A DNA stretch of 64,000 bases from the human T2T-CHM13v2.0 reference genome, Homo sapiens, in NCBI RefSeq assembly GCF_009914755.1, contig NC_060944.1; one strand, written 5' to 3'. Positions 15,234-29,145 of this stretch are shown piece by piece (the stretch's first letter is position 1; every line of letters starts with the position of its first letter). The translations under genes and the position numbers were made by a program. The notes beneath the pieces were generated by a model that was given only the letters and a program-made list of their open reading frames with translations, had not been told where the DNA came from and made no database searches.

Positions 15234-16869
15234 GCCTGCAAGCTGTAAAAGTTCTAGAGGTGATTTCGGGGACATAGTAGAGAGATGTTTTTATTTTATT
15301 ATTTTTGTATGTGGGGACAAAAATCAATTTGGGGATTGTGTGTATGGTTATCTTTCTACTGGAAAATTTATTATGAGGAGAAAAAATCAGATATTTCAAA
15401 ATTCAAATTCCTTCCTTTATCTGATTAATGAAACAATGCGTACATGCATTTCATGCATATATAACATACATATATGTATACATACATTCTTACACTTCTC
15501 TTTACTTTGGAACACATTAGAAAGAGCTATAAATTGGGAGGCAGAAGATTTTGTTTCAAGTCTCGATTTTGCCACCTACTAGATGGGATCTCTGCCCCTC
15601 AGTTTCTTCAATGGTTAAATAAGGACAATACTATTGTGTTAGCTTTACCCAGATCATAAGAATCATTGTTGGAAGACAAATAGACCATATACATTTAAAA
15701 AAAGTTTAAAGGCTATGAAGATGCAAAGTATGAACATGGCAGAAATAGAAATTGCTTCTGAATTGCTGGGAACCCAAGCCTGAAATAATTCTTGGAAGGA
15801 AGAAAGTCACTTAGGACTTTATAAGTGTCACATTGCTCTTCATGGTTTAAGAACACCAAAATAGCTAAGAAATGTTACATAAGGAAAATCACTTCTACCA
15901 CTTGATAATAGTAGTTTTTATGGAACTCTGCTTTTGCTCTCATCTGCATGAACAAATATATCCACATGCAAGCTAGGTCCTGCTTCAACTAAAATTCTAA
16001 AACAACATAAAACAACAATAGAAAATCCTTGTATTAGAAACTGAAGTGGCCAACTAATTAATTTATCCCTCCCACAATTATCTGTGTACCCATTATGTGC
16101 TTAGCATTGTCTAAAGGTTTTAGGAGGTGCCCAGCAGCATCCAAGCTTCCTTTGAGATTACAATGCAGTTGGGGATAAGAGAATGACACAAAAGAGCTGT
16201 TAAATAGAGCAGGGAAAGTAGTACAAGAGATGTCACAGGCAGATTTGTGACAAGTGCTGACAGCGTGTCAAGATTTCAGAGAATGAAGAGATGAGAGAAA
16301 GCTGAGCTAATCATTGAATTTCCTGTTGAAAAGAAAGGACTTGAGTTGGATATTGATAATCAACTAGGATTTGGATAGGAGACAAAGATGAGGATGGCTT
16401 TGATTATAGAAATATGAGTTCAGGAAGTCCTGTACAAATCCACCAGCTGGAACTATCTAGGCAGAATAACAATCTTTATGTACAGTGTAATCCATAGTAC
16501 AATGGCAACTGTACTATGGATTACACTATAATCCAGTGGTGATCATGAATGCCCTGATAACATAGCCCAGGCCACTACATCACCAATCCTGCTTCCTTTT
16601 GGGTCACAGGGCCTTCAAAGTATATGAACCCTTGAAATTATAATTTAAAACAATAATGCCCAAAATGAGTTTCATGAAACCTTGATACCTTTTGACATGT
16701 ATCATCAGTAAGTGTTACCTCTAAAAATGAAGACATGTGGTTAAAAAAGTTCAGGAAACACTAAATACTGTATCTCCACTGGAGAGCTTCAATACACATT
16801 ATTAGCTGCACTAGATTGATTTTGGTAACTCTGCTCCATTCCTGCCCCCTGCTTTATAAAATCCAAAAA

Positions 16870-17270
16870 TTCTTTAATGGTGGGCACAAAACAAAGATAC
16901 TCAACTAAATGAAGGGCAGAACTCTTAGTTACTTACATCTCTGAAGGAGAGAAGGCTGCCACGCAGGGCCACATGGGGAGTTGCAAGATGCAGAGAGCAA
17001 TTTATGTCTGGTGTATGGCAAGCCGGGTTTCACAGGCTTCCTGTGAATTGACTAATTTGAATAATTTTGTGGACTCAGTACATAGAGACTGTCCCTAATT
17101 GTCTGGGGTCTGGCCCCAGGCTAATTGGGTGAGTGCATAGTGGTCTGCAGCGTGAGAGCCCAATAAGGAAAATGCTTAATCAGTTGCTCAAGGAAGGGAA
17201 CTGACAGGCTTCTGGTGGGTACCTCAAATTGGGTGAAGATAACATTTCCAAAAGCAACAATAAACAAAAT
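16870..17270 (-). mobile_element. Old ERVL-type LTR (subfamily uncertain)
   Basis: gaattgactaatttgaataattt...gactgtccctaattgtctgg resembles the MER74/LTR53 group. Confidence 0.4.
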
Positions 17271-19472
17271 AGACCACTCCCTCCTGTGATCGCTACTGCA
17301 TTCTAGGGTCTAGAAGCCTGATAACTACATTACTAAGATTCCAGAGGGAACAGAGTTCAGACTAGACGCTGCCAATGGAGAAGCACTTACATGAAAAGTA
17401 AAAGGCAAAAGGGAGAGAGCTACTGTTGTTTCTCCAGCAAGTGGCAGGAGTAAATCTGAGATTTGTGAGATGCAATGTTTTCTAGTCCTTTCCAGACATT
17501 CCCCTGAACATTAGTCACCTCAGGTCTGGAGACAGTAGTGATAGCGACAGCAGCTTCCTAACTGTGGTGCTCTTTGGATCTAATGGTGGCTTTACCTGAT
17601 CTTTGCGACTTCAGGCCCTTCCAATAGAGTTGTAAGCTCCCAATCTTCCGCATTAAATATTTTTATGCTAGAAATCTACAGTTATTGCTGCTTTCCTGAC
17701 TGTGTCCCAACAATATAGCATAGTTAAATTTCTGGGAACCCATGCTATAAAACAAAACAAAACAAAATAAACTAGCATTTCCCAAATATGTTTGACCATA
17801 GAACCTGACTCCCCATTTCCCCTTCTCCCCAAAACCACCTTCTGATATCTTGAAAAATTCGTTTCGTGGTGCTCCCTTTGGAAAACATCCATAGACTTAT
17901 ATGTTGAGAACTAGGAGTCCAGAAATGTGGGCTTAGTCTCAGCTGTGTGACCTTGGGTAGGTCACATCATTTATCTTGTTTTTAGTTTCTCTGCTAGATC
18001 AAAAGAAGAGTTGAATGAAGATAACCAGGAATTTTAGCTCTAATTTGTTTCCATTCTGTGAGAAATGCTGTCCTTAAAAACTATCATTGTTCAGGTAGAA
18101 AAAAATAAAAATTAAAAAAAGAACTACTGTGTTTTCCTTTGCCTTCTCTTCCTTTTTGGCTTGGTTTGCATGAATATTTTGAGTCAAGCTAGGAAAATTC
18201 CAAGAAAACTGGCAGCAAGTGAATAAATGCTGGATAGCTCTTACTAAAGTGATGTGGTGTTTTTAGAACTTTAATATATTAATGTGGATCCTAGAAATGG
18301 TCCCTTCAGAAGTGGGTTTCCTTTTGTACTGACACTGCACAGAAAGGAAGAGATACAAGAAAGAAACCTCCAGCACTCAAACTGAGTCATTTTAAAATGT
18401 AGCAAACTCCCTGTCACTGGGAACATTCAAGTAGAAACTAGATGTTGGCATGGCAGGGATAACATAATTAGTTTTGTCTTTATTTTGCTATTTTTCTGAG
18501 AGGGATGGCACAGACCATTTATACAGATCCCCACATTTTACAGACAAGGAAACAAAAAGTCATAGAGGTTATATGGATTTCCCTGGGTCACACAGCAAAT
18601 CCATGGCAGAACTGGGAGAAAGACACTAGACGTCTCCTCCCTATTCCCCACTGCACTCTTCTGTACATCTGGAATTCATTTGGGCTTCTTTGAGGAGTAA
18701 TGTTCCATCACTCAACCTTCATTTTTACATCTCTTTAAAGAAGCAGAGTCATTTTAATGTGAGCTGAAAGAGACTCAAGGTTGCCAGATACTGTGAGAAG
18801 GTGACGAAGTCGGAAAGTTTGAAGTCAACTTTTTGCCCTCAGAATCCTTTTATTTGGGCATCCATGGCAGGGAGACCCCATGCTCCAGCCTTGCTGTGCC
18901 CACTGGTGTCAGACCAGGCACCAGGATTCTGAACATCCCATGGCCCCGTCTACCCTCAGACAGTCCCTCTTGTCTCATTTTTGAAACTTCAGTCCCTGCA
19001 GACAGCACTGAAAAACCAACCTGAATACTAGCGTCATCTACATAGTTTGAAAACAAACTACTCACCTCAGAGAGGGCACAAAATACAGCCTGAATGTGAC
19101 GCCATTTGTGGTGTGGCTGCTTGGAGTTGGGAGCTAGGCTTCCTCTGCCAACTACTTGACAGAATCCACATTCGTGTTCTCAATGCAGCTGGTAGTGGGT
19201 GTGTGTGTAGGGTAATGGCCTTTTCTTTTATTATCCAAATGCTCTTGAGGAGGGAACCAAAAAAAAAAAAAAAAATGCTGCTAAAGCAGAGAGCTATGTC
19301 TGTGACTTTGCAGAGAAACAGGTGCTTAATGCAGATCTGATTTTATCCTGAGCTTTTTCACCAAAGAAAACCCAAATGTGGTGAAGAAGAAAGAAAGCCA
19401 CTGAGGTTTTCTCTTTTCCTAAGGATGGTAGAAAGAAAAGTAACATCGTATTAAAAAAAAATCTGAATTTTT

Positions 19473-19593
19473 ACCTATGGGGTTATATGTTTACTGATTG
19501 GGTGATGAAATTATTGGAAGCCCAAACATAAGCATCATGCAATACACTCATGGCAAACTTGCACATGTACTCCCTGAATCTTAAAAAAAAAAA
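19473..19593 (+). mobile_element. Very short 5'-truncated L1 (L1PB/L1MA 3' end) with poly(A) and TSD
   Basis: cccaaacataagcatcatgcaatac...acttgcacatgtactccctgaatct + A tail; flanked by aaaatctgaatttt / aaagtctgagtttt. Confidence 0.75.
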
Positions 19594-19954
19594 GTCTGAG
19601 TTTTAAGTTAGCTATTTGTTCCTTTTGCTTTACATTATGTGGGATTCATTTAGACTTCTGGGAGAACTTCCAACAGTGAGGAAGCAAGGGACAGTTGCAA
19701 AAAGGCAGCCCTGATTTTCCAAAAAATTGTGCTTGGAGATTGTGCTAGAAGTCAAGAGGGCAGTTTAGATTAGGACGATTTGAGCCTTGCACTTTTTTTT
19801 TTTTAATAGTTAACACTAAGCAACACTTTTAACTCTACTCTGCTCTCTTGGCCCCCATGCTGAATTGATTGCAGATTTTGTTGATGATTTCCCTTTGATT
19901 CCACATCCACTGTCACTCTATCACTATTCCTTGCCTTTTACTCTTGTTGTTGGC

Positions 19955-20282
19955 TGCTATAGTCTAAATGTTTATGTACCCTAATCACCAATGTAATGAT
20001 GTTAGGAGATGAAGCCCTTGGAGGGTGACTAGGTCATGATTAGTGCCCTTACACAAGAGGCCTCAGAGAACTGTCTTGCCCCTTCCACCATGGGATGAGA
20101 GTAAGAAGGCACCACCTATGAAACAGAAAGCAGGCACTCCCTAGATTCCAAATTTTCCACCACCCTGATCTTACACTTCCTAGCCCCCAGAACTGTGAGA
20201 GATAAATTTCTGTTGTTGATAAGCCCCCCAAGGTATGGTATTTTAGTATAGCCTGGACCAATGGACTGAGTGGACCAAGACA
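19955..20282 (+). mobile_element. MLT1A0 MaLR LTR (TSD ttggc/ttgac)
   Basis: tgctatagtctaaatgttt...ccagaactgtgagagataaatttctgttg...ccaagaca. Confidence 0.85.
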
Positions 20283-20435
20283 TTGACTTCTTACTGGCAT
20301 GCTACTTCCACTCTCAACTCTCTACAATTGGCCCATGTGGCCCCTGAACACAACCTTCTTAAGCCCAGATATAATTCTATGAGTCCCTCATTCAAAATCC
20401 TATGATATATCTTGACCCTCAAGTCCCTTCATGAC

Positions 20436-20874
20436 TGTGATGGTTAATATTGAGTGCCAACTCGATTGGACTGAACGATGCAAAGCATTGTTCCTGGGTG
20501 TGTCTGTGAGGGTGTTGCTGAAGAAGATTAACATTTGAGTCAGTGGACTGGGAAAGGCAGACCCACCCTCAATCTGGATGAGCACCATTTAATTAGCTGT
20601 CACCCTGGCCAGAATAAAAATAGGCAGAAGAATGTGAAAATACTAGACTGGCTTAGCCTCCAAGTCTACTCCTTTTTCCCATGCTGGATGCTTCCTCCCC
20701 TCAAACATCCAACTCCAAGTTCTTCAGCTTTGGGACTCGGACTGGCTTCCTTGCTCTGCAGATGGCTTATTGTTGGACCTCACCTTGTGATCATGTGAGC
20801 TAATACTCCTTAATAAACTTCATTTTATATATACATCTGTCCTATTAATTCTGTCCCTCTAGAGAACCCTAATA
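20436..20874 (+). mobile_element. MLT2A1 (HERV-L) solo LTR, TSD ATGAC
   Basis: tgtgatggttaatattgagtg...gattaacatttgagtcagtggactgggaaaggcagacccaccc...ctagagaaccct; atgac at 20431 and 20875. Confidence 0.9.
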
Positions 20875-21923
20875 ATGACCTAACCAGTTCTCTTCCCTCC
20901 TGTTCTAATCTTGAAGCAGAACACATATCCTTGTTTCTGTTCTTCATGTGAGACCTGCGACATTTCAGAGGAAAGTTGTGACATAAATCTACACTTTTTA
21001 TACCTGAGGTTTGTCAGCGATGTGCTCAAGGCTTATGCAATGTGTCCCCTCTCCTCGTTGTCTTCCTCTGTATGGAGCAAAGGGAGTGTCTATGATTTCT
21101 CCTCTGAGCAGGACAAGTATTTTGTAAAAGGCACATTTATTCATCTGCTAGACGTTTGTTTAGATAGCAGGTTCTCTGCTAGGTTCCCCAGATACATTAG
21201 TAAAGAAGACAAGCAAAGTTCTTGCTTGTGGGGAGCTTAAATTTTGTGTGAGATGCAGATAATAAACAACTAACTAAATAAAAATGATAATTATGGTTAA
21301 AAATTTATCGGGGGTGTGGTGGATTGCACACACAATATATAGAGGGATGCCACTTAGATAGGGTTGTCAAGTAAGGAATCTATGGGAAGATGTTATTTAA
21401 GTTGAAATATCAAGGATGATAAGGAGGTTCTTATAGGGGACTGTGTTTTGGAAAGTGAATGGGCTTGGAGGTGTAGAAAAGGTGGCCAAGCAGACCATAC
21501 ACAGTAGGAAAGGGTGTGTTCCAGCTGACCTCTTCCCTCCTTCTGGGAGGACAGCAAAGAAATGTCCGGGGCACTCTTTGTTGTCCCTCCTTCTTCTATT
21601 TAACATTGTATTGTAAGTCTTAGCCAACACATTAAGGCATAAAAAATAAATAAAAATTAAAGATATTGGAAAATAAGAAGTAAAACTATTTTTTATTTGG
21701 AGACAGCATATTGTATATGTAGAAAATCTAAAAGAATTAATAAACTATCAGAACAAATATGTTGTTATCAAGATCACAGGATGTAAGTTTAATGTAAAAA
21801 TATCAAATGTATTTCTAGGCCAGAAACGTCAATTTTGAAAATGACAGTAAGAATAACTGTATTATTTACATTATTATCAAAAAAACATTACATTGGAATA
21901 AACCTAATGAAAGATTTGCAAGA

Positions 21924-24900
21924 CATCCAAAAACTTATCCACCATGATCAAGTAGGGTTTATTCCTGAGATGCAAGGTTGGTTCAAAATACACAAATCAA
22001 TTAATGTGATCATCACATAAACAGAACTAAGACCAAAAACCACATGATTATCTCAGTAGTGCAGAAAAGGCTGTTGATAAAATTCAATATTCCTTCATGT
22101 TAAAAACTCTCAGTAAACTAGGCATTGAAGGAACATACATCAAAATAATATGATCAATCTATGACAAACCCACAGCCAACATCATTCTGAATGGGCAAAA
22201 GCTGGAAGCATTTCCCTCAAAAACCAGCACAAGACAAGGATGTCCCCTCTTACCACACCTATTCAGCATAGTATTGGATGTCTTGGTCACAGCAATCACA
22301 CAAGAGAAAAGAATAAATGGCATCCAAATAGGAAGAGGGGAAGTCAAATTATCCCTGTTTGCAGAAGGCATAATTCTATATCTAGAAGACCCCATAGTCT
22401 CTTCCCAAAAACTCCTCAAGCTGATAAACAACTTCAGCAAAGTCTCAGGATACAAAATCAACATAAAAAAATCACTCGCCCTCCCATACACCAACAACAG
22501 TCAAGCCAAGAGGCAAACCAGGTGCACAATCCCATTTCCAAATGCCACAAAAATAATGAAATACCTAAGAATACAGCTAACTAGGGAGGTGAAAGATCTC
22601 TACAAGGAGAAGTACAAACCACTGCTCAAAGAAATCAGAGGTGACACAAACAAATGGAAAAACATTCCATGCTCATGGATATAAAGAATCAATGTTGTTA
22701 AAATGGTCATACTGTACAAAGCAATTTATAGATTCAATGCTATTTTTATGAAACTACCAATGACATTCTCCATAGAAATAGAAAACACTATTTTAAAATT
22801 CATATGGAACCAAAACAGAGCCCGAATAGCCAAGGCAATCCTAAATAGAAAGAACAAAGATGGAGGTATCATCCTACTTGACTTCAAACTATACTACAGG
22901 GCTACAGTAAGCAAATAGCATGGTACTGGTACAAAAATAGACACACAGGCCAATGGAACAGAGTAGAGAACCCAGAAATAAGACCACAAACCTACAACTA
23001 TCTGATCTTCAACAAAGCTGACAAAAACAAGCAATGGGGAAAGTATTCCCTGTTCAATAAATGGTGCTAGGATAACTAACTAACCATATGCCGAAGATTG
23101 AAACTGGACCCCTTCCTTACACCGTATACAAAAATCAACTTAGGATGGATTAAAGACTTAAATGTAAGACCCAAAACTATACAAACTCTGGACCACAATC
23201 TAGGCAATACCATTCTGGACATTGCATTGGTCCGTTTTCATGGTGCTGATAAAGACATACCCAAGACTGGGCCATTAACAAAAGAAAGAGATTTATTGAA
23301 CTTACAGTTCCACATGGCTGGGGAGGCCTCACAATCAAGATGGAAGGTGAAAGGCATGTCTCACATTGGCAGCAGACAAGAGAAGAAAGATTATGCAAAG
23401 AAGCTACCCTTTTTAAAACCATCAGATCTTTTAAGATTTATTCACTATCAAGAGAACAGTATGGGAAAGACCTGCCCCCGTGATTCAATTACCTCCCACC
23501 AGTTCCCTCCCACAACACTTGAAAATTCAACATGAGATTTGAGTGGGGACACAGCCAAACCATATCATTCCACCTCTGCCCCCTCCCAAATCTCATGTCC
23601 TCACATTTCAAAACCAATCATGCCTTCCCAACAGTCCCCCAAAGTCTTAACTCATTTCAGCATTAACTCAAAAGTCCACAGTCCAATGTCTTATCTGAGA
23701 CAAGACAAATCCCTTTGCCTATGAGCCTGTAAAATCAAAAGCAAGTTAGTTACTTCCTAGATACAATGAGGGTACAGGCATTGGGGGAATACAGCTCTTC
23801 CAAATGGGAGATATTGGCCAAAACAAGGGGCTACAGGCCCCATGCAAGTCTGAAATCCAGTGGGGTACTCAAACCTTAGCACTCCAAAGTGATCTCCTTT
23901 GACTCCATGTCTCACATCCAGGTCATGCTGATGCAAGAGGTGGGTTTCCATGGTCTTGAGCAGCACCCCCAACTGTGGCTTTGCAGGGTACAGCCTCCCT
24001 GCTGGCTGCTTTCATGGGCTGGTGTTGAGTGTCCGTGGCTTTTCCAGGCACAGAGTGCAAGCACTCAGTGGATCTACTATACTGGGGTCTGGAGGACAGT
24101 GGCCCTCTTCTTACAGCTCCACAAGGCAGTGCCCTCTTAGGGGTTCTGTCTGGGGGCTCCAACCACACATTTGCCTCCACACTGCCCCAGCAGAGGTTCT
24201 CCATGAGGACTGCACCCCTGCAGCAAACTTCTGCCTAGATATCCTGGAGTTTTCATACATCCTCTGAAGTCTAAGTGGAGGTTCCCAAACCCCAATTATG
24301 ACTTCTGTGCACTGGCAGGCTCAACACCACGTGGAAGCTGCCAAGGCTTGAGGCTTGCACCCTCTGAATCCACTGCCCAAGCTCTAAGTTGGCCCCTTTC
24401 AGCCATGGCTGGAGTGGCTGGGACACAGGGCACCAAATCCTTGGGGTGCACACAGCACAGGGACCCTGGGTCTGGACCACAAAACCACTTTTTCCTCCTA
24501 AGCCTCTGGGCCTGTGATGGAAGGGGCTTTGATGAAGACCTCTGACATGCCCTGGAGACATTTTCCCCATTGTCTTGGGGATTAACATTCAGTTCCTTGT
24601 TACTTATGCAAATTTCTATAGCCAGCTTGAATTTCTCCTTAGAAAATGGGATTTTATTTTCTATTGCATTGTTAGACTGCAAATTTTCTGAACTTTTATA
24701 CTCTGCTTCCCTTACAAAACTGAGCATCTTTAACAGCACCCAAGTCACCTCTTGAATGCTTTGTTGCTTAGAAATTTCTTCCACCAGATACCCTAAATCA
24801 TCTCTCTCAAGTTCAAAGTTTCACAAATCTCTAGGGCAGGGGCAAAATCTTGCCAGTCTCTTTGCTAAAACATAACAAAAGTCACCTTTGCTCAATTCCC

Positions 24901-26563
24901 AACAAGCTCCTCATCTCCATCTAAGATCACCTCAGCCTGGATTTCGTTGTCCACATAATTATCAGTATTTTGGTCGAAGCCATTCAAGAAGTCTCTAGGG
25001 AGTTCCAAACCTTCCCACATTTTCCTGTGTTCTTCTGAGCCCTCCAAACTGTTCCAACCTCTGCCTGTTACCCAGTTTCAAAGTCACTTCCACATTTTCG
25101 GATATCTTTTTAGCAATGTCCCATTCTTCTGGTACCACTTTACTGTTTTAGTCCACTTTCACACTGCTGATGAAGACATACTCAAGACTGGGCAATTTAC
25201 AAAAGCAAGACGTTTAATGGACTTACATATCCATGTGGCTGGGGAGGCCTCACAATCATGGTGGAAGGTGAAAGGCATGTCTCACATGGCAGTGGACAAG
25301 AAAAGAGAGCTTGTGCAGGGCAACTCCCCTTTTTAAAGCCATCAGATCTAGTGAGACTTATTCACTATCATGAGACCAGCATGGGAAAGACATGCCCCCG
25401 TGATTCAATTACGTCCCACCAGGTCCTTCCCAAAACACATGGGAATTCAACATGAGGTCTGGGTAGAGACACAGCCAAATCACATCAACATAGGGATGGG
25501 CAGAGATTTTATAATGAATATACCACTAGCAGTTGCAACAGAAGCAAAAAAAAATGACAAGATCTAATAAAAATACTAAAGAGCTTCCGCACAGCAAAAG
25601 AAACTATCAACAGAGTGAACAGACAACCTGCAGAATGAGAGAAAATTTTTGCACACTATGCATCTGACAAAGGTCTATATATCCAGCATCTATAAGAGAC
25701 TTTACCAAATTTTACCAAAATTACCAAATTTACCAAAAAAACCCCAAATGATCCCATTAAAAGGTGGGCAAAGGACATGAACAGTTTTCAAAAGAAGACG
25801 TACATGCAGCCAGTGAGTATATGAAAAAAGGCTCAACACTGATCATTAAAGAAATGCAAATCAAAACCACAAATGAGATACCATCTCACACCAGTCAGAA
25901 TGGCTACTATTAAAAAGCCAAAAAATAACAGATGCTGGTGAGGTTGTGGAGAAAAAGGAACACTTACACACTGTTGGTGGTAGTGCAAATTAGTTCAACT
26001 ATTTGTGTAAGACAGTGTGGCGATCCCTCAAAGATCTAAAAACAGAACTTCCATTTGACCCAGCAATCCTGTTACTGAGTATATACCTAAAGGAATATAA
26101 ATCGGTCTATCATAAAGACACATGCATGTGTATGTTTATTGCAACTTAAATGTCCATCAGTGGTAGACTGGGTGAAGAAAATATGATACATATACACCAT
26201 GGAATACTATGCAGCCATAAAACAGAATGAGATAATGTCCTTTGCTGAAACATGGATATAGCTGGAGGTCATCATCCTTAGCAAACTAATGCAGGAACAG
26301 AAAACCAAATACTTCATGCTCTCACTTATAAGTGGGAGCTAAATGATGAGAACACATGGACACATAGAGGGGAACAACACCCACTGGGGTCTATCAGAGG
26401 GTGGAGGATGGGAGGAGGGAGAGGATCAGGAAACATAACTAATGGGTACTAGGCTTAATACCTGGTTGATGAAATAATCTGCATAACAAACCCCCTTGAC
26501 ACAAGTATACCTATATAACAAATCTTCACATGTATCCCTGAATTTAAATAAAAGCTAAAAAAA
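21924..26563 (+). mobile_element. 5'-truncated L1PA13-like LINE (ORF2 remnant + 3'UTR), split by THE1
   Basis: ORF2 peptides [25 protein letters not shown]; 3'UTR gggagaggatcaggaaacataactaatgggtactaggcttaatacc. Confidence 0.9.
23223..25487 (-). mobile_element. Complete THE1 (THE1A-like) MaLR provirus: 5'LTR 25144-25487, internal 23568-25143, 3'LTR 23223-23567
   Basis: Two homologous LTRs, 1576-bp internal region with MaLR ORF remnant (24296-24784), acat repeated at both junctions. Confidence 0.95.
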
Positions 26564-28299
26564 GGATGTACAAAACTATACTATGCTGAAAACTACAAAT
26601 ATTGCCGTGAGTAATTAAAGAAGTCCTAAATAAATGAAGTGATATGTGTTGTTTATAAATTGGAATACTCAATGTTGTTAAAAATGGCAATTCTTTCTAA
26701 ATTGATCAATAGCTTTGATGTAATCCTAATAAAAATCCAAACAGAATTTTTACAGCAATTGAAAAACTAATGCAAAACTTTTATGAAAATAAAAACCCTA
26801 CAATTTTGGAAAAGAACAAAATTAGAGGACTTAACACTCCTTGATTTCAAGGCTTATTATAAATCTACAATAATGATTGACACATAAATAAATGAAACAC
26901 ATTAGAGAGCCTAGAAATAGGAATGTGCATATATGGCAAAACGATTCCAAACAGAAGATCCAGCAAGATTTAAAAACAAAGGAAACTCATTTCAACAAAT
27001 GGGGATGGTACAACTGGATATCTGTATGGAAAATACTTTGATCCCTACCTCATACATACCTCCAAATTAGAGATTGTTTATAGACCTAAATGTAAAAGCT
27101 AAAACTATAAAGCTTCCAGAAGGAAAAACAGGAGAATATTTTACTGTTTTGGAGTAGCCTATTTTTTTTTGTAAAAGTACTAAGTATAAAAGTTAAGAAA
27201 AAAAGTAAAATTTAATGTCAACAAAACTACAAACTTCTCGACAAAGATGTCATTAAGAAAGTGAACAGGCAACCCATAAACTATGGAAAAGGATGAAGTA
27301 CTTGCCATAGAACACCTACAGATTAATAATAAAAAGACAACAACCCCATAAAAGTGGTCAAAGGCTTAAATAGCCACTTTACAAAAGAAGATGTAAGAAT
27401 GGCCAATAAGCGCATGGAAAAAGGGCTAAATATATATTAGTCACTACTGAAATAAAATATTTAAACCTCACTGAAATACCACTACACCAATTATAAAGAC
27501 TAAAAGTTTTAAGAGACCATTCACACCAAATCTTGTCAAGGTTGTAAAACAACTGGAGCTCTCATTTAATTCTGTGGAGGAGGTTGTAAAATGCTAGTTA
27601 TCTTGGAGAATTATTCGGCAATTTTCATATAGTAATCATGTGAACCAGAAATCCCATTTCTAAGCATTTACACAAGATAAACTAAAACACGTGTACACTC
27701 ACATGCACAAACTGCAAGAATATTCATGGCAGCTTTGTTTGTAGTAGCCCCAAACTGAAACCAACTCAAATGTCCATCGACAGGTAAATGTATAGACAAA
27801 CTGTGCCATATTCATAAATGGAAATCTACTCAGCAATAAAAATGAGTGAATTACTGATGTGAACAACAACACAGATGAATCTTCAAAATGCTGAATGAAA
27901 GCAGTCAGATCTAAGGGGTATACAGAATGTGAATCTGATTATGTGATGGTCAAGGACAAAACTAATTCATAGTGATACAGATCAGAACAATGGTTGACTC
28001 TGTGGACCACTGGCTAGAAATGGGCATGAGAAAATTACCAGAGGGGACAGAAATGTTCTATATTTTGATTGGGTAATAGTTCCAGAAGTGTTTATATTTT
28101 GCAAACTTACACTGTACACGTAAAGTCTGGACATTTCAATAAACATGGAAAAAAGTTCAATTAAATAAAAACTCTACTTTTCCCTCCTAACTGCCCAAAA
28201 GGTAATGAAAGCATCCTTTTAAAGATTCAGAAAGCCAGAGTGGGAAAAATATTGGATTTGGAAGTTTAGTCTTTTGTATCGTTTTTATCATACCTTCAT

Positions 28300-29145
28300 T
28301 TCTGCAAATTGTCTTAAGAACTAAACTTTGACCTTTTTTCACTTCTCCAAATTCCTGTCAAAGGGACATGGGGAGTCACACCCTACAAACCATAAAATCT
28401 CATCAGATGGGTTTTATTAACACTATATAATGTGACTTACTTTTCAACCTGACTCTGGTATAGCATCACATGGCAGATAGCAGATGCTGAAAGAAATAAA
28501 AAGATTTTACTCCAAAATATATTTCCTTGACATATTTCGAAATGGCTGCCACAGAGTTAACATATTCAAATGGCCTTGCAAAGCTCTTTTGTGGGGAAAA
28601 TTTGTTTCTGTAGAAAATCTCCATTAATTTAGCCAGACCTCTCCCATTCTAGGCCGTTCTTGGGTGTGGGAGAGATTAACTGAGAGTCTGACACTTTCAA
28701 AGTCTGAAAAGAGACATTTACCATCTATTCTCTTTGAGGGCTGTTACCTAGGAGGCTTCACCTACATAATAAAAATCTTGGTCTCCACAACCCACATATC
28801 TTAACTCAGGTATTCCTTTCTCTGATTTCAAGTCTTTAGACAATAGCTTAACTCTCCCAACCAATTGTCAACTTAAGAATCCCTATAACTCACCTATGAC
28901 TTGTAAGCTCTTTCTTCGAGATGTCCCACCTTTTTGGGCTGAACGAATGTGTATCTACCTTGTGTTGATTTATGATTTACCTGAAATGTATAAAACCAAA
29001 CTGCAACTAAAATACTGTAACTAAAACCAAACAGCACACTTTCTCAGTATTTCTTGAGATTGTGTAATCCACCCTGCAGTCACTCATATTGTCTCAGAAT
29101 AAACCTTTTAAAGTATATTTTTCAGAATTTGTTTTTTCCATCATC
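28300..29145 (+). mobile_element. MER4-group ERV1 solo LTR
   Basis: aacctgactctggtatagcatcacatggcagatagcag...cactcatattgtctcagaataaacc; homologous to 2088-3541. Confidence 0.75.

Larger units (their letters stand above)
21570..28165 (+). mobile_element. Old L1M (L1ME/MB-like) ORF2 + 3'UTR, split by younger L1 (parts 21570-21923 and 26564-28165)
   Basis: Degenerate ORF2 continues across the inserted L1PA; 3' end gaaatgttctatattttgattggg. Confidence 0.7.
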
